From: Candidatus Flemingiibacterium merdigallinarum | GTDB taxonomy: Bacteria; Bacillota; Clostridia; Oscillospirales; CAG-272 | Direction of reading: 5' to 3' | Length of the DNA stretch: 64,000 bases | Assembly: GCA_904386005.1 (NCBI GenBank) | Contig: CAJFKR010000001.1 | Coordinates: 212,221 to 276,220 of the forward strand | Shown here: positions 47,845 to 56,534 of the stretch, one piece after another | How positions within the stretch are numbered: position 1 is the stretch's first letter | Layout of the letters: each line of letters starts with the position of its first letter | Notes under the pieces: generated by a model | The model's input: only the letters and a program-made list of their open reading frames with translations | Told to the model about the DNA's origin: nothing | Databases searched by the model: none | Translations under genes and position numbers: made by a program

Positions 47845-49026
47845 ATGCTTGATACACTGCTAAACTTTATTGACTCCACCGGCGTCGCGCAATTGGTAAG
47901 AGATCCCGCGAAGCTCGGTATGACGCTTATAATGTATTTGATAGTCATCGTGCTTCTGTATCTCGCGATAAAGAAAAAGTTCGAGCCGCTGCTCCTGCTC
48001 CCGATAGCCTTCGGAATGCTGCTCGCAAATCTCCCCGGCGCGAACATGATGCACCTTGACTGGTTTCTTGAAAAGCAGATCGACTGGGGCTATGTGCTGA
48101 ACAACGGCGGACTTATCGACTTTCTGTATATGGGCGTAAAGCTCGGCATATACCCGTCGCTCATCTTTATGGGCGTCGGAGCGATGACCGACTTCACCGC
48201 GCTTATCTCTAATCCGAAGAGCCTCCTGATGGGCGCAGGCGCGCAGCTCGGCGTGTTCGTCGCTTTCTTCTTCGCGCTGCTTATCGGCTTTGTGCCCGAA
48301 GCCGCCGCTTCTATCGGTATCATCGGCGGCGCGGACGGTCCTACCGCGATACTCGTAACCAAGATTCTCGCCCCCGCGCTGCTCGGAGCTATCGCGATCG
48401 CGGCCTATTCATACATGGCGCTGATCCCGATCATTCAGCCGCCGTTCATGCGTATGCTGACCTCGAAGAAGGAGCGCGAAATTGTCATGACCGCGCTGCG
48501 TCCGGTATCGCAGGTCGAGAAGCTGATTTTCCCGGTGCTCGTTACCATCGTGGTTTCGATAATCCTTCCGGATGCCGCTCCGCTGATTGGTTTTCTGATG
48601 TTCGGAAACCTCTTGAACGTCTGCGGCGTGACCGAGCGTCTCTCCAAGACCGCGCAGAACGAGCTTATGAATATTGTAACAATATTCCTCGGCGTATCGG
48701 TCGGCGCGACCGCGAGCGCCGAGAACTTCCTCCAGCCGCAGACCCTCGCGATAATCGCGCTCGGACTGGTCGCGTTCTCGATTTCAACGGTCGGCGGACT
48801 CCTGACCGCGAAGATCATGTGCATTGTCACTCGCGGCAAGATCAACCCGCTGATCGGTTCTGCCGGAGTTTCGGCTGTGCCTATGGCGGCGCGCGTTTCG
48901 CAGATCGAAGGTCAGAAGGCAAATCCCGCGAACTTCCTCTTAATGCACGCGATGGGACCGAATGTCGCCGGCGTTATCGGCTCAGCGGTCGCCGCGGGCG
49001 TGTTCCTGTCAATGTTCAAGGGTTAA
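47845..49026 (+). CDS. Na+-transporting decarboxylase beta subunit (OadB/MmdB/GcdB family)
   Basis: 393 aa polytopic protein with the conserved GGADGPT and [14 protein letters not shown] blocks. Confidence 0.9.
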   Translation: MLDTLLNFIDSTGVAQLVRDPAKLGMTLIMYLIVIVLLYLAIKKKFEPLLLLPIAFGMLLANLPGANMMHLDWFLEKQIDWGYVLNNGGLIDFLYMGVKLGIYPSLIFMGVGAMTDFTALISNPKSLLMGAGAQLGVFVAFFFALLIGFVPEAAASIGIIGGADGPTAILVTKILAPALLGAIAIAAYSYMALIPIIQPPFMRMLTSKKEREIVMTALRPVSQVEKLIFPVLVTIVVSIILPDAAPLIGFLMFGNLLNVCGVTERLSKTAQNELMNIVTIFLGVSVGATASAENFLQPQTLAIIALGLVAFSISTVGGLLTAKIMCIVTRGKINPLIGSAGVSAVPMAARVSQIEGQKANPANFLLMHAMGPNVAGVIGSAVAAGVFLSMFKG

Positions 49027-49186
49027 GTTATCGACGCCCGAGAACTGATTTAACGGTTGGGAATCTCTAAAATTCTTAAAAATCCGTCATATCGTATTTT
49101 TGAGGTTACCAATTCGCATTCAAGCGCCAAGCTTCATTTTACAGAAAGGATTCTTCCGGCAAAACCGGAGGCTGGTGATATAATAT

Positions 49187-50584
49187 ATGGCAAAGGTTAA
49201 AATTACCGAGACTGTCCTGCGCGACGCGCCGCAGTCGCTTATCGCGACGCGCATGACGACCGACGAAATGCTGCCGATACTCGAGGAAATGGACAAGGTC
49301 GGCTACTATTCGCTCGAGGCGTGGGGCGGAGCTACGTTCGACTCCTGTATGCGTTTTTTGAACGAGGATCCGTGGGACAGACTCAGAAAAATCCGCGCGA
49401 AGGTCAAGAACACAAAATTGCAGATGCTCTTCCGCGGACAGAACATCCTCGGATACCGCCACTACGCGGACGACGTAGTCGAGTATTTCGTACAGAAGTC
49501 GATTGCGAACGGCATCGACATTCTGCGCATCTTCGACGCGCTCAATGACCCGCGCAACCTGCTTACCGCTATAAACGCGACCAAGAAAGAGGGCGGACAC
49601 GTTCAGGCGGCTATAAGCTACACGACCGGTCCGGTTTACACGACCGAGTATTTCACGAAGTACGCGAAGCAGCTCGAGGAGATGGGCGCAGACTCCATCT
49701 GCATCAAGGATATGGCCGGACTCTTGAAGGCATACGACGCGTATGAGCTTGTAAAGGCGATAAAGGAAACGGTAAAGATACCCGTACAGCTTCATACGCA
49801 CTACACCGCGGGTGTCGCGTCGATGACCCTCCTAAAGGCGATCGAAGCCGGAGTCGACGTTGTCGACACTGCGATATCTCCGCTCGCGATGGGCACGTCA
49901 CAGCCGCCTACAGAGCCGCTGGTAGCTACTCTCGCCGGCACGCAGTACGACACCGGACTCGACTTGAAGCAGCTCGACGTTATCTCGAAGTACTTCACTC
50001 CTCTGCGCGAGAAGTACCTTAAGAACGGTCTGCTCGACCCGAAGGTGCTTAAGGTGGACGTAAACGCGCTGCTCTATCAGGTGCCGGGCGGAATGCTGTC
50101 GAACCTCGTTTCGCAGCTGAAGCAGGCAGGCAAGTCGGATAAGCTCGACGAGGTGCTCGCCGAGGTGCCGCGCGTGCGCGCCGACGCGGGATATCCTCCG
50201 CTTGTTACTCCGTCGAGCCAGATCGTCGGAACGCAGGCGGTATACAACGTCATCATGGGCGAGCGCTACAAGACGGTCACGAAAGAATTCAAGGGCATAA
50301 TCCGCGGCGAATACGGCAAGACTCCGGTGCCGATCAAGCCCGAGTTCCAGAAGCAGATCATCGGCGACGCGAAGCCGATCACCTACCGTCCGGCCGACGA
50401 TCTGAAGCCCGAGCTTGACGAGCTCCGCGAGAAGGTAAAGCCGTGGGCAATACAGGAGGAGGACGTGTTGTCCTACGCGCTGTTCGAGCAGGTGGCGACG
50501 AAGTTCTTCGAATGGAGAAAGAATCAGAAGTATAACATCGACGCCGAGCATTCGGACGCCGAGAACAAGATTCACACGGTCTGA
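49187..50584 (+). CDS. oxaloacetate decarboxylase alpha / pyruvate carboxyltransferase (5S-type) subunit without a biotinyl domain
   Basis: ITETVLRDAPQS...EAWGGATFD HMGL-like TIM barrel. 465 aa. Ends before any biotinyl domain. Confidence 0.9.
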   Translation: MAKVKITETVLRDAPQSLIATRMTTDEMLPILEEMDKVGYYSLEAWGGATFDSCMRFLNEDPWDRLRKIRAKVKNTKLQMLFRGQNILGYRHYADDVVEYFVQKSIANGIDILRIFDALNDPRNLLTAINATKKEGGHVQAAISYTTGPVYTTEYFTKYAKQLEEMGADSICIKDMAGLLKAYDAYELVKAIKETVKIPVQLHTHYTAGVASMTLLKAIEAGVDVVDTAISPLAMGTSQPPTEPLVATLAGTQYDTGLDLKQLDVISKYFTPLREKYLKNGLLDPKVLKVDVNALLYQVPGGMLSNLVSQLKQAGKSDKLDEVLAEVPRVRADAGYPPLVTPSSQIVGTQAVYNVIMGERYKTVTKEFKGIIRGEYGKTPVPIKPEFQKQIIGDAKPITYRPADDLKPELDELREKVKPWAIQEEDVLSYALFEQVATKFFEWRKNQKYNIDAEHSDAENKIHTV

Positions 50585-50611
50585 TTTGATTCTGACGTGT
50601 AAGAGAAAAAT

Positions 50612-50641
50612 GCACAGCCGGCAGCACCGGCTGTGCGTTTT
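50612..50641 (+). terminator. Rho-independent terminator
   Basis: GCACAGCCGG-cagca-CCGGCTGTGC followed by GTTTT. Confidence 0.75.
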
Positions 50642-50676
50642 AACGTGAAAGAGAGAATTGGAAATATAAGGCATAT

Positions 50677-52071
50677 ATGGAAGATGTAACTATGGAAGCG
50701 AGCGGCGCGCCGGCTGAAAATAAAATGGGCGTGATGCCGATAAACAAGCTGATTCTGACGATGAGTCTGCCGATGATGGCGTCGATGCTGGTGCAGGCGC
50801 TGTATAACATAGTCGACAGCGTATTTGTCGCGCAGATCAGCGAGAACGCGCTGACGGCGGTGTCGTTGGCCTTTCCGATGCAGTCGCTGATGATCGCGGT
50901 CGCGACCGGCACGGGCGTCGGTGTGAACGCGCTGCTGTCAAAGCGGCTGGGCATGAAGGACTACGAGGGCGTCAACCGCGTGGCGAACAACGGCATATAT
51001 TTAGCTGTATTCAGCTACATTATCTTTTTGCTGCTCGGCATATTTGCGGCAAGACCGTTCATGATGGCACAGAACGACACATCTGAAATCGTCGAGCACG
51101 GCGTGACCTATCTGACTATAGTAATGACAATGTCGTTCGGATTATTCGGTCAGGTTATAATGGAGCGGCTCGTGCAGTCGACCGGAAAGACCATGATTGC
51201 GATGATCACGCAGGGTTTGGGCGCGGTCATCAACCTGATATTCGACCCTATCATGATATTCGGCTATTTCGGCTGCCCCGAGATGGGAGTCGCGGGAGCC
51301 GCGCTGGCGACGGTGCTCGGTCAGATAGTCGCGGCGATTCTGGGAATAATCCTGAATTTCAAATACAATCACGAGATCAAAATAAATCCCATAAAGTACC
51401 GCCTCGACCTCAAAACGGTTGGACATATATACGCGATCGGCATTCCGTCGATAATCATGCAGTCGATAGGCTCGGTCATGGTTATAGGAATGAACAAGAT
51501 ACTCTACACCTTCTCCTCGTCCGCGCAGGCGGTATTCGGCATCTACTTCAAGCTGCAAAGCTTTTTCTTCATGCCGGTATTCGGTCTAAACAACGGAGTC
51601 GTGCCGATAATCGCGTATAACTATGGTGCGGGAAGGCAGGACCGGATGAAAAAAACCATACGCACCGCTGCGATCTACGCGGTGGTCATTATGCTTATTG
51701 GCATAATGATTATGGAGATAATTCCGGACAAGTTGCTGCTGCTCTTTGACGCGTCGGAAAATCTTATCAAAATCGGCATACCCGCGCTGCGTATTATCTG
51801 CCTGTCATTTATCTTCGCCGGTTTCTGCATTACAATTGGCTCGGTATTCCAAGCTCTCGGCAACGGTATATACAGCATGATCGTATCTGCCGCGCGCCAG
51901 CTCTGCGTACTCCTGCCGGTCGCGTATCTGATGTCGCTTACCGGCAACCTTGACATGGTATGGCTGTCATTCCCGATTGCCGAGCTGATGTCGGTCGCGA
52001 TGACGCTGATTTTCTACCGCCGGATTCACAACAAGGTCATTCGCTTTGTAGGCGAGAAGCAGCCCGAGTAA
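50677..52071 (+). CDS. MATE family efflux transporter
   Basis: 464 aa, 12 TM. N-terminal P.MASML.QALYN.VDS.FV pattern. Confidence 0.9.
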   Translation: MEDVTMEASGAPAENKMGVMPINKLILTMSLPMMASMLVQALYNIVDSVFVAQISENALTAVSLAFPMQSLMIAVATGTGVGVNALLSKRLGMKDYEGVNRVANNGIYLAVFSYIIFLLLGIFAARPFMMAQNDTSEIVEHGVTYLTIVMTMSFGLFGQVIMERLVQSTGKTMIAMITQGLGAVINLIFDPIMIFGYFGCPEMGVAGAALATVLGQIVAAILGIILNFKYNHEIKINPIKYRLDLKTVGHIYAIGIPSIIMQSIGSVMVIGMNKILYTFSSSAQAVFGIYFKLQSFFFMPVFGLNNGVVPIIAYNYGAGRQDRMKKTIRTAAIYAVVIMLIGIMIMEIIPDKLLLLFDASENLIKIGIPALRIICLSFIFAGFCITIGSVFQALGNGIYSMIVSAARQLCVLLPVAYLMSLTGNLDMVWLSFPIAELMSVAMTLIFYRRIHNKVIRFVGEKQPE

Positions 52072-52218
52072 ACGCAGATAATAAATACGATTTGTTATGA
52101 CAGCGGCTCGAAAAATGCCGATTTGACCAAGGCAGGACAATTTGTTGTCCGAGATTGATTTTAAGACTTGTGACTAATGTATATGAGTCAGGCTCGCGGA
52201 TATAAAATGTTCAGTAAT

Positions 52219-52256
52219 AAAAAATCCCTATTTTCACGTGAAAATGGGGATTTTTT
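52219..52256. terminator. bidirectional terminator
   Basis: AAAAAATCCCTATTTTCACGTGAAAATGGGGATTTTTT. Confidence 0.75.
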
Positions 52257-52292
52257 CAATTATATGCTATCCGCGGCGAATAGTCATACTCG

Positions 52293-52943
52293 TCATCCCA
52301 GCACGATATCGCCGATTTCGCGCGGAGTTCCGACAAACCGCACCGCGCCGTGCTCCACTAAAAACTCGCGGTCGCGAAAGCCCCACAGCACGCTGATTGA
52401 ATCCATGCCGGCATTTTTCGCGGTGTCGATATCGACGTCCGAGTCGCCGATGTAGACGGCGTCGGCGCGGTCGACTCCCAGCGTGCGCAGAACCTCGTTG
52501 ACCGAGTCGGGCGAAGGCTTCGTTCTGACTCCGGCGCGCTCGCCGACCGCGCAGTCGAGCAGTCCGGAGAAATATCGCACCGCCAGCTCCTGCACGGCGA
52601 AATCGCCCTTGTTTGACACGACCGCGCACAATACGCCCGCCGCGCGCAGACGACGCAGCAGCTCGATTATACCGTCGTAGGGCTTGGTCTTGTCGGCGCA
52701 GTGCAGCTTGTAGTAGGCGCGGAATTCGCGCTCGACGGTATCAATTAGCTCGTTTTGGCTGCCGGTCGGAACGGCGCGCTCGATCAATTTGCGTATGCCG
52801 TTTCCGACAAAGCGTCTGGTCTCGTCACGTGTGCGCGGCGGAAGCTTCGCGGCGGCGAGCGTGTGCGAAAGCGAGTCGGCAAGGTCGTCGAGCGTGTCGA
52901 GCAGCGTGCCGTCAAGGTCGAATATCGCGAGTTTGTATTTCAT
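52293..52943 (-). CDS. HAD-superfamily hydrolase (phosphoglycolate phosphatase-like)
   Basis: FDLDGTLLDT motif I, SNK motif, GDSDVD motif. Confidence 0.85.
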   Translation of the reverse strand: MKYKLAIFDLDGTLLDTLDDLADSLSHTLAAAKLPPRTRDETRRFVGNGIRKLIERAVPTGSQNELIDTVEREFRAYYKLHCADKTKPYDGIIELLRRLRAAGVLCAVVSNKGDFAVQELAVRYFSGLLDCAVGERAGVRTKPSPDSVNEVLRTLGVDRADAVYIGDSDVDIDTAKNAGMDSISVLWGFRDREFLVEHGAVRFVGTPREIGDIVLG

Positions 52944-53110
52944 CGAGAATCCCTCTTTTAATATATGATATTGTTATTACTACTATTATACCACAATACT
53001 ATCGAGTTTTCAATATTGCATAATTTTTTTGACGATAGTATTGCATTTGCGTTTTAGTTGTGATATAATTGTGGTGCAATACCACAGAAGCAACGCAAAG
53101 GAGCGAAGAA

Positions 53111-54622
53111 ATGTTAATATCATCGAAAAAACTCACACTCTGGCTGTTAACTATGTGTCTCATCGCGTTCCCTATTGTATCCTGCGGTGAAGAGGTAGTT
53201 ATTTCCGGCGAGGACACACAAACCTCCGGCGACCTCGACGAAACGACCGTGGTCGAAGCTGGTTCGGGCAATCTCGACGCGGTTAAGGCGAAATACGGAA
53301 ACTATGCCGACTATGACTATGAGGGCTTCCAGTTCCGCATCCTATCACCGTCGCCGGGCGAGCATTTCTATTTTAAGACGAGCGCGACAGAGAACGAAAT
53401 CTGGTACGAAGCCGAAAACGGCGACACGCTTAACGACGCCATCTACCGCCGCAATCAGATTGCGCAGGAGCTGCTCAATTTTGAAATTGTTCCGGTGTGG
53501 GGCGGAACGGTTGACGAGGTCAAGACCACGCTGCAAAAGAGCATAATGGCGGCGTCTGACGAATTCGACGTCGTACTGAACCGTCTTGATTATATGACCA
53601 ATCAGGCGGCTGAAGGCGGACTTGTCAATTTTTACGACCTCGAAAAGCTTGATGTGAGCGACCCGTGGTGGGACAAGAATATCGTCGAGAGCTTTACATT
53701 CTATAAAAATAAGCTCTACGCTCTGGCCGGCGATATCAACTACTACGACGACTACGCGGTGCAGGCGTTGTTCATGAATCAGCGTATCTGCGAAGAGCTT
53801 GGATATGAGCTGCCCTATCAGCTCGTGCGCGACGGCAAGTGGACGTTCGACGAGTTCAACAAGATGGTCAAGGGCAGCTCGCAGGACATAAACGGCGACG
53901 GACAGGTGACTATAAACGACGATGTTATTGGCTATGTTAACCACAACGGCGCGATGCTGCACATGGTGTTCACATTCGACCAGAAGCCGACTATAACCGA
54001 GGCTGACGGCACTATTACGATAAATAACAGCGAGGCTATGATAAACACGGTTGATATACTCTACCGTTTCCTCAATGAGAACGGCACGGATGTGTATATC
54101 AACACGAGCGGTATAGAATATACTTTAGCGTTTCCGGAGGGGCGCGTGCTCTTCTTTGCCGAGATGATCGGAGCGATTGGCGGCTATCGTGAAATGGTCG
54201 ACGACTACTCGGTGCTCCCGATGCCAAAGGGCGACGAGTCGATGCCCGAATACCGCGCGTATGTCAGCAACGGCTGGACGACTTCATACGCGATACCGAA
54301 TACCAACACCGATATCGAGCGCTCGGCGACGATACTTGACACGATGTGCGCCGCGTCAACTGACACGGTCATGACCGCGCTTTATGACGTAATGCTGACC
54401 TCGAAGCTGATTCGCGACGAAGAATCGCAGGAGATGCTCGAATACATCTTCGCGTCAAAGTGCTACGACATCTCGGGCGATCTCGCGTGGGGCAACGGGC
54501 TTACCGGTATTTATCTCGGACTTTCGAAGAAGTCGACGAATACCTTTGTATCTGACATGGATTCGCGACTCGCGGCAAACGAAAAGGCGCTTGAGGATTT
54601 TCTTGCGTCGTTTGCCGATTAA
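53111..54622 (+). CDS. extracellular solute-binding lipoprotein, paralog 5
   Basis: AAGGAG lies before ATG 53111. MLISSKKLTLWLLTMCLIAFPIVSC lipobox. YSVLPMPKGDES and QEMLEYIF blocks. Confidence 0.85.
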   Translation: MLISSKKLTLWLLTMCLIAFPIVSCGEEVVISGEDTQTSGDLDETTVVEAGSGNLDAVKAKYGNYADYDYEGFQFRILSPSPGEHFYFKTSATENEIWYEAENGDTLNDAIYRRNQIAQELLNFEIVPVWGGTVDEVKTTLQKSIMAASDEFDVVLNRLDYMTNQAAEGGLVNFYDLEKLDVSDPWWDKNIVESFTFYKNKLYALAGDINYYDDYAVQALFMNQRICEELGYELPYQLVRDGKWTFDEFNKMVKGSSQDINGDGQVTINDDVIGYVNHNGAMLHMVFTFDQKPTITEADGTITINNSEAMINTVDILYRFLNENGTDVYINTSGIEYTLAFPEGRVLFFAEMIGAIGGYREMVDDYSVLPMPKGDESMPEYRAYVSNGWTTSYAIPNTNTDIERSATILDTMCAASTDTVMTALYDVMLTSKLIRDEESQEMLEYIFASKCYDISGDLAWGNGLTGIYLGLSKKSTNTFVSDMDSRLAANEKALEDFLASFAD

Positions 54623-54643
54623 ATAATAAATCTTGCAAAACTA

Positions 54644-54672
54644 TTGCTTTTTTTAATCGGTCGTGGTATAAT
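54644..54672 (+). promoter_or_regulatory. promoter with extended -10 upstream of leader repeat copy 2
   Basis: TTGCTT, 17 nt, TGgTATAAT. Confidence 0.5.
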
Positions 54673-54685
54673 ACACATGGTAATA

Positions 54686-54828
54686 GTCTGAAAAAAGTTT
54701 TCGGACACGTGTTTTGTGACTTCACGGTCTGCGACATTAATTTGCTTCGCAAAGCCGTCACAAAACATCGACATGACTGAAGTAGACTTTGCTTATGCAA
54801 AGTCATAATAATAAAGTCATAGTAATAA
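54686..54828 (+). repeat. structured leader repeat, copy 2
   Basis: Same block order as 47691-47832. The 3' AAGTCATA(A/G)TAATAA segment is duplicated. Confidence 0.5.
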
Positions 54829-54851
54829 TTATGAATGCGAGGTAAATTACC

Positions 54852-55835
54852 ATGCTTAACGCTGCAATGCTTTCAAAGTGGCACGTACACGCCGGCGGTT
54901 ACGCCAACGAATTGAAGAAATCGGGCAAGGTCGACATCAAGGTCGTCTGGGACGATGATGTCGAGCGCGGCTCGAAGTGGGCTGCCGAGCTCGGCTGCGA
55001 GTTCGAGCCTGACCTTTCAAAGGTGCTCGCGCGCGAGGACATCGAAGCCGTCTTCTGCGACGCTCCGACCACCGCGCACAAGGATATCATAATCGCCGCC
55101 GCCAAAGCCGGCAAGCATATCTTCACCGAAAAGGCGCTCTGCCCGACGGTAGCCGAATGCCTTGAGGTCAAAAAAGCGGTCGAGGACGCCGGAGTCATCT
55201 TTACGATTTCGTTCCCCGAGCGTTTCTATCCGATATTCAAGCTCGCGAAGAGCCTCATTGATATCGACGCGTTCGGAAAGATCTCGACGATCCGCATCCG
55301 CAAGGCGCATTCGGGCGTGTCCGGCAAGTGGCTGCCTGACTACTGGTTCGAGGAGAAGGACGCCGCCGGCGGAGCTATGATGGACCTCGGCTGCCATCCG
55401 ATGTACGAGCTCGCGTATCTCGGCGGCAAGCTGAAGCGCGTGACCGGTATGTTCAACGCGCCGCTCGGCAGCAAGGTTGACGAGAACGCGGTATCGATAA
55501 TGGAATTCGAGAACGGCATCATCGGTATCTCCGAGACCGGCTTCATGTCCTGTGCTTCGCCTGAGATCTTCGAAATCTACGGCACCGACGGCACGCTCAT
55601 CCGTCACGGCGACGACGTCAAGCTCTACTCGACAAAGCTCGCTCCGTTTACAAAGGAATGGATTCGTCCGACTCTGCCCGCCGGCGGTCCTCTGCCGCTG
55701 CTTCAATTCGTCGACGCCTGCATAAATAAGACCGGCGCGCCCGCGCTCTGCACCATCGACGACGCTATTGACCTGACGCGTCTGCTCGAAAACGCATACA
55801 TAGGCGACCGCACGAACACAATCGTGACCTTCTAA
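54852..55835 (+). CDS. Gfo/Idh/MocA family oxidoreductase
   Basis: 327 aa. N-terminal Rossmann fold and the EKA/EKP-type motif (FTEKALCP). Confidence 0.9.
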   Translation: MLNAAMLSKWHVHAGGYANELKKSGKVDIKVVWDDDVERGSKWAAELGCEFEPDLSKVLAREDIEAVFCDAPTTAHKDIIIAAAKAGKHIFTEKALCPTVAECLEVKKAVEDAGVIFTISFPERFYPIFKLAKSLIDIDAFGKISTIRIRKAHSGVSGKWLPDYWFEEKDAAGGAMMDLGCHPMYELAYLGGKLKRVTGMFNAPLGSKVDENAVSIMEFENGIIGISETGFMSCASPEIFEIYGTDGTLIRHGDDVKLYSTKLAPFTKEWIRPTLPAGGPLPLLQFVDACINKTGAPALCTIDDAIDLTRLLENAYIGDRTNTIVTF

Positions 55836-55840
55836 CTACT

Positions 55841-56422
55841 ATGGTTGGGCTCGAAAAGTACCGCAAAGCGGCTGAAACGGGCGAAAATGAATTTTCGAAT
55901 TTTGTCAACTACGCGGTAAAAAAGAAGCCGGAGGGCAAATACAAGCTGCACCGGATTCTGATGATATTCGGTTATATCGCGTTCGGGCTTTTATATGTTA
56001 CGGTATGTCTCGTGTTTACCAAGCTGCCGATGCTCATTGCGGTTTTGCCGCTGCTCACCTGGATACTCGTGTACTTCACGTGGCTGTGGGTCAATATTGA
56101 GTATGAGTATATGATAATCGGCGGCAACCTGCGTATGCTCGAGGTATACGGCTCGCGCTACTACCGCGAGCTGTGCAATGTCAAGATAAGCTCGTTCGAG
56201 CGGATCGCTCCGTACAGCGGCGAGTACGCCGACCTCGCGGATTCGGCAGATATAGCGCAGCGAATCGACGCTTCATCGTCGCTGACGAATCCCGACATCT
56301 ACTATGGGATATACACCGAGAGCGGCGAGCGTCGCGTGATATTTTTTGAGGTCGCCGAAAAGACCCTGAAGCTGCTCAAATATTACAATCCCGACGTTGT
56401 AATGACCAAGACCCGCCGTTAG
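55841..56422 (+). CDS. membrane protein, function unknown
   Basis: 193 aa, two central TM segments. Starts 5 nt after the oxidoreductase stop. Confidence 0.55.
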   Translation: MVGLEKYRKAAETGENEFSNFVNYAVKKKPEGKYKLHRILMIFGYIAFGLLYVTVCLVFTKLPMLIAVLPLLTWILVYFTWLWVNIEYEYMIIGGNLRMLEVYGSRYYRELCNVKISSFERIAPYSGEYADLADSADIAQRIDASSSLTNPDIYYGIYTESGERRVIFFEVAEKTLKLLKYYNPDVVMTKTRR

Positions 56423-56534
56423 CCGGCAGGGTGCAAAACGGCGTTTGAGTCGTTGAACGACTGTCGCGGGTTATGCCCGCGGCAGTCGTGATTTGTTTAT
56501 ATCAATAATTGTTAATTTGAAAGGAATGAAACAT

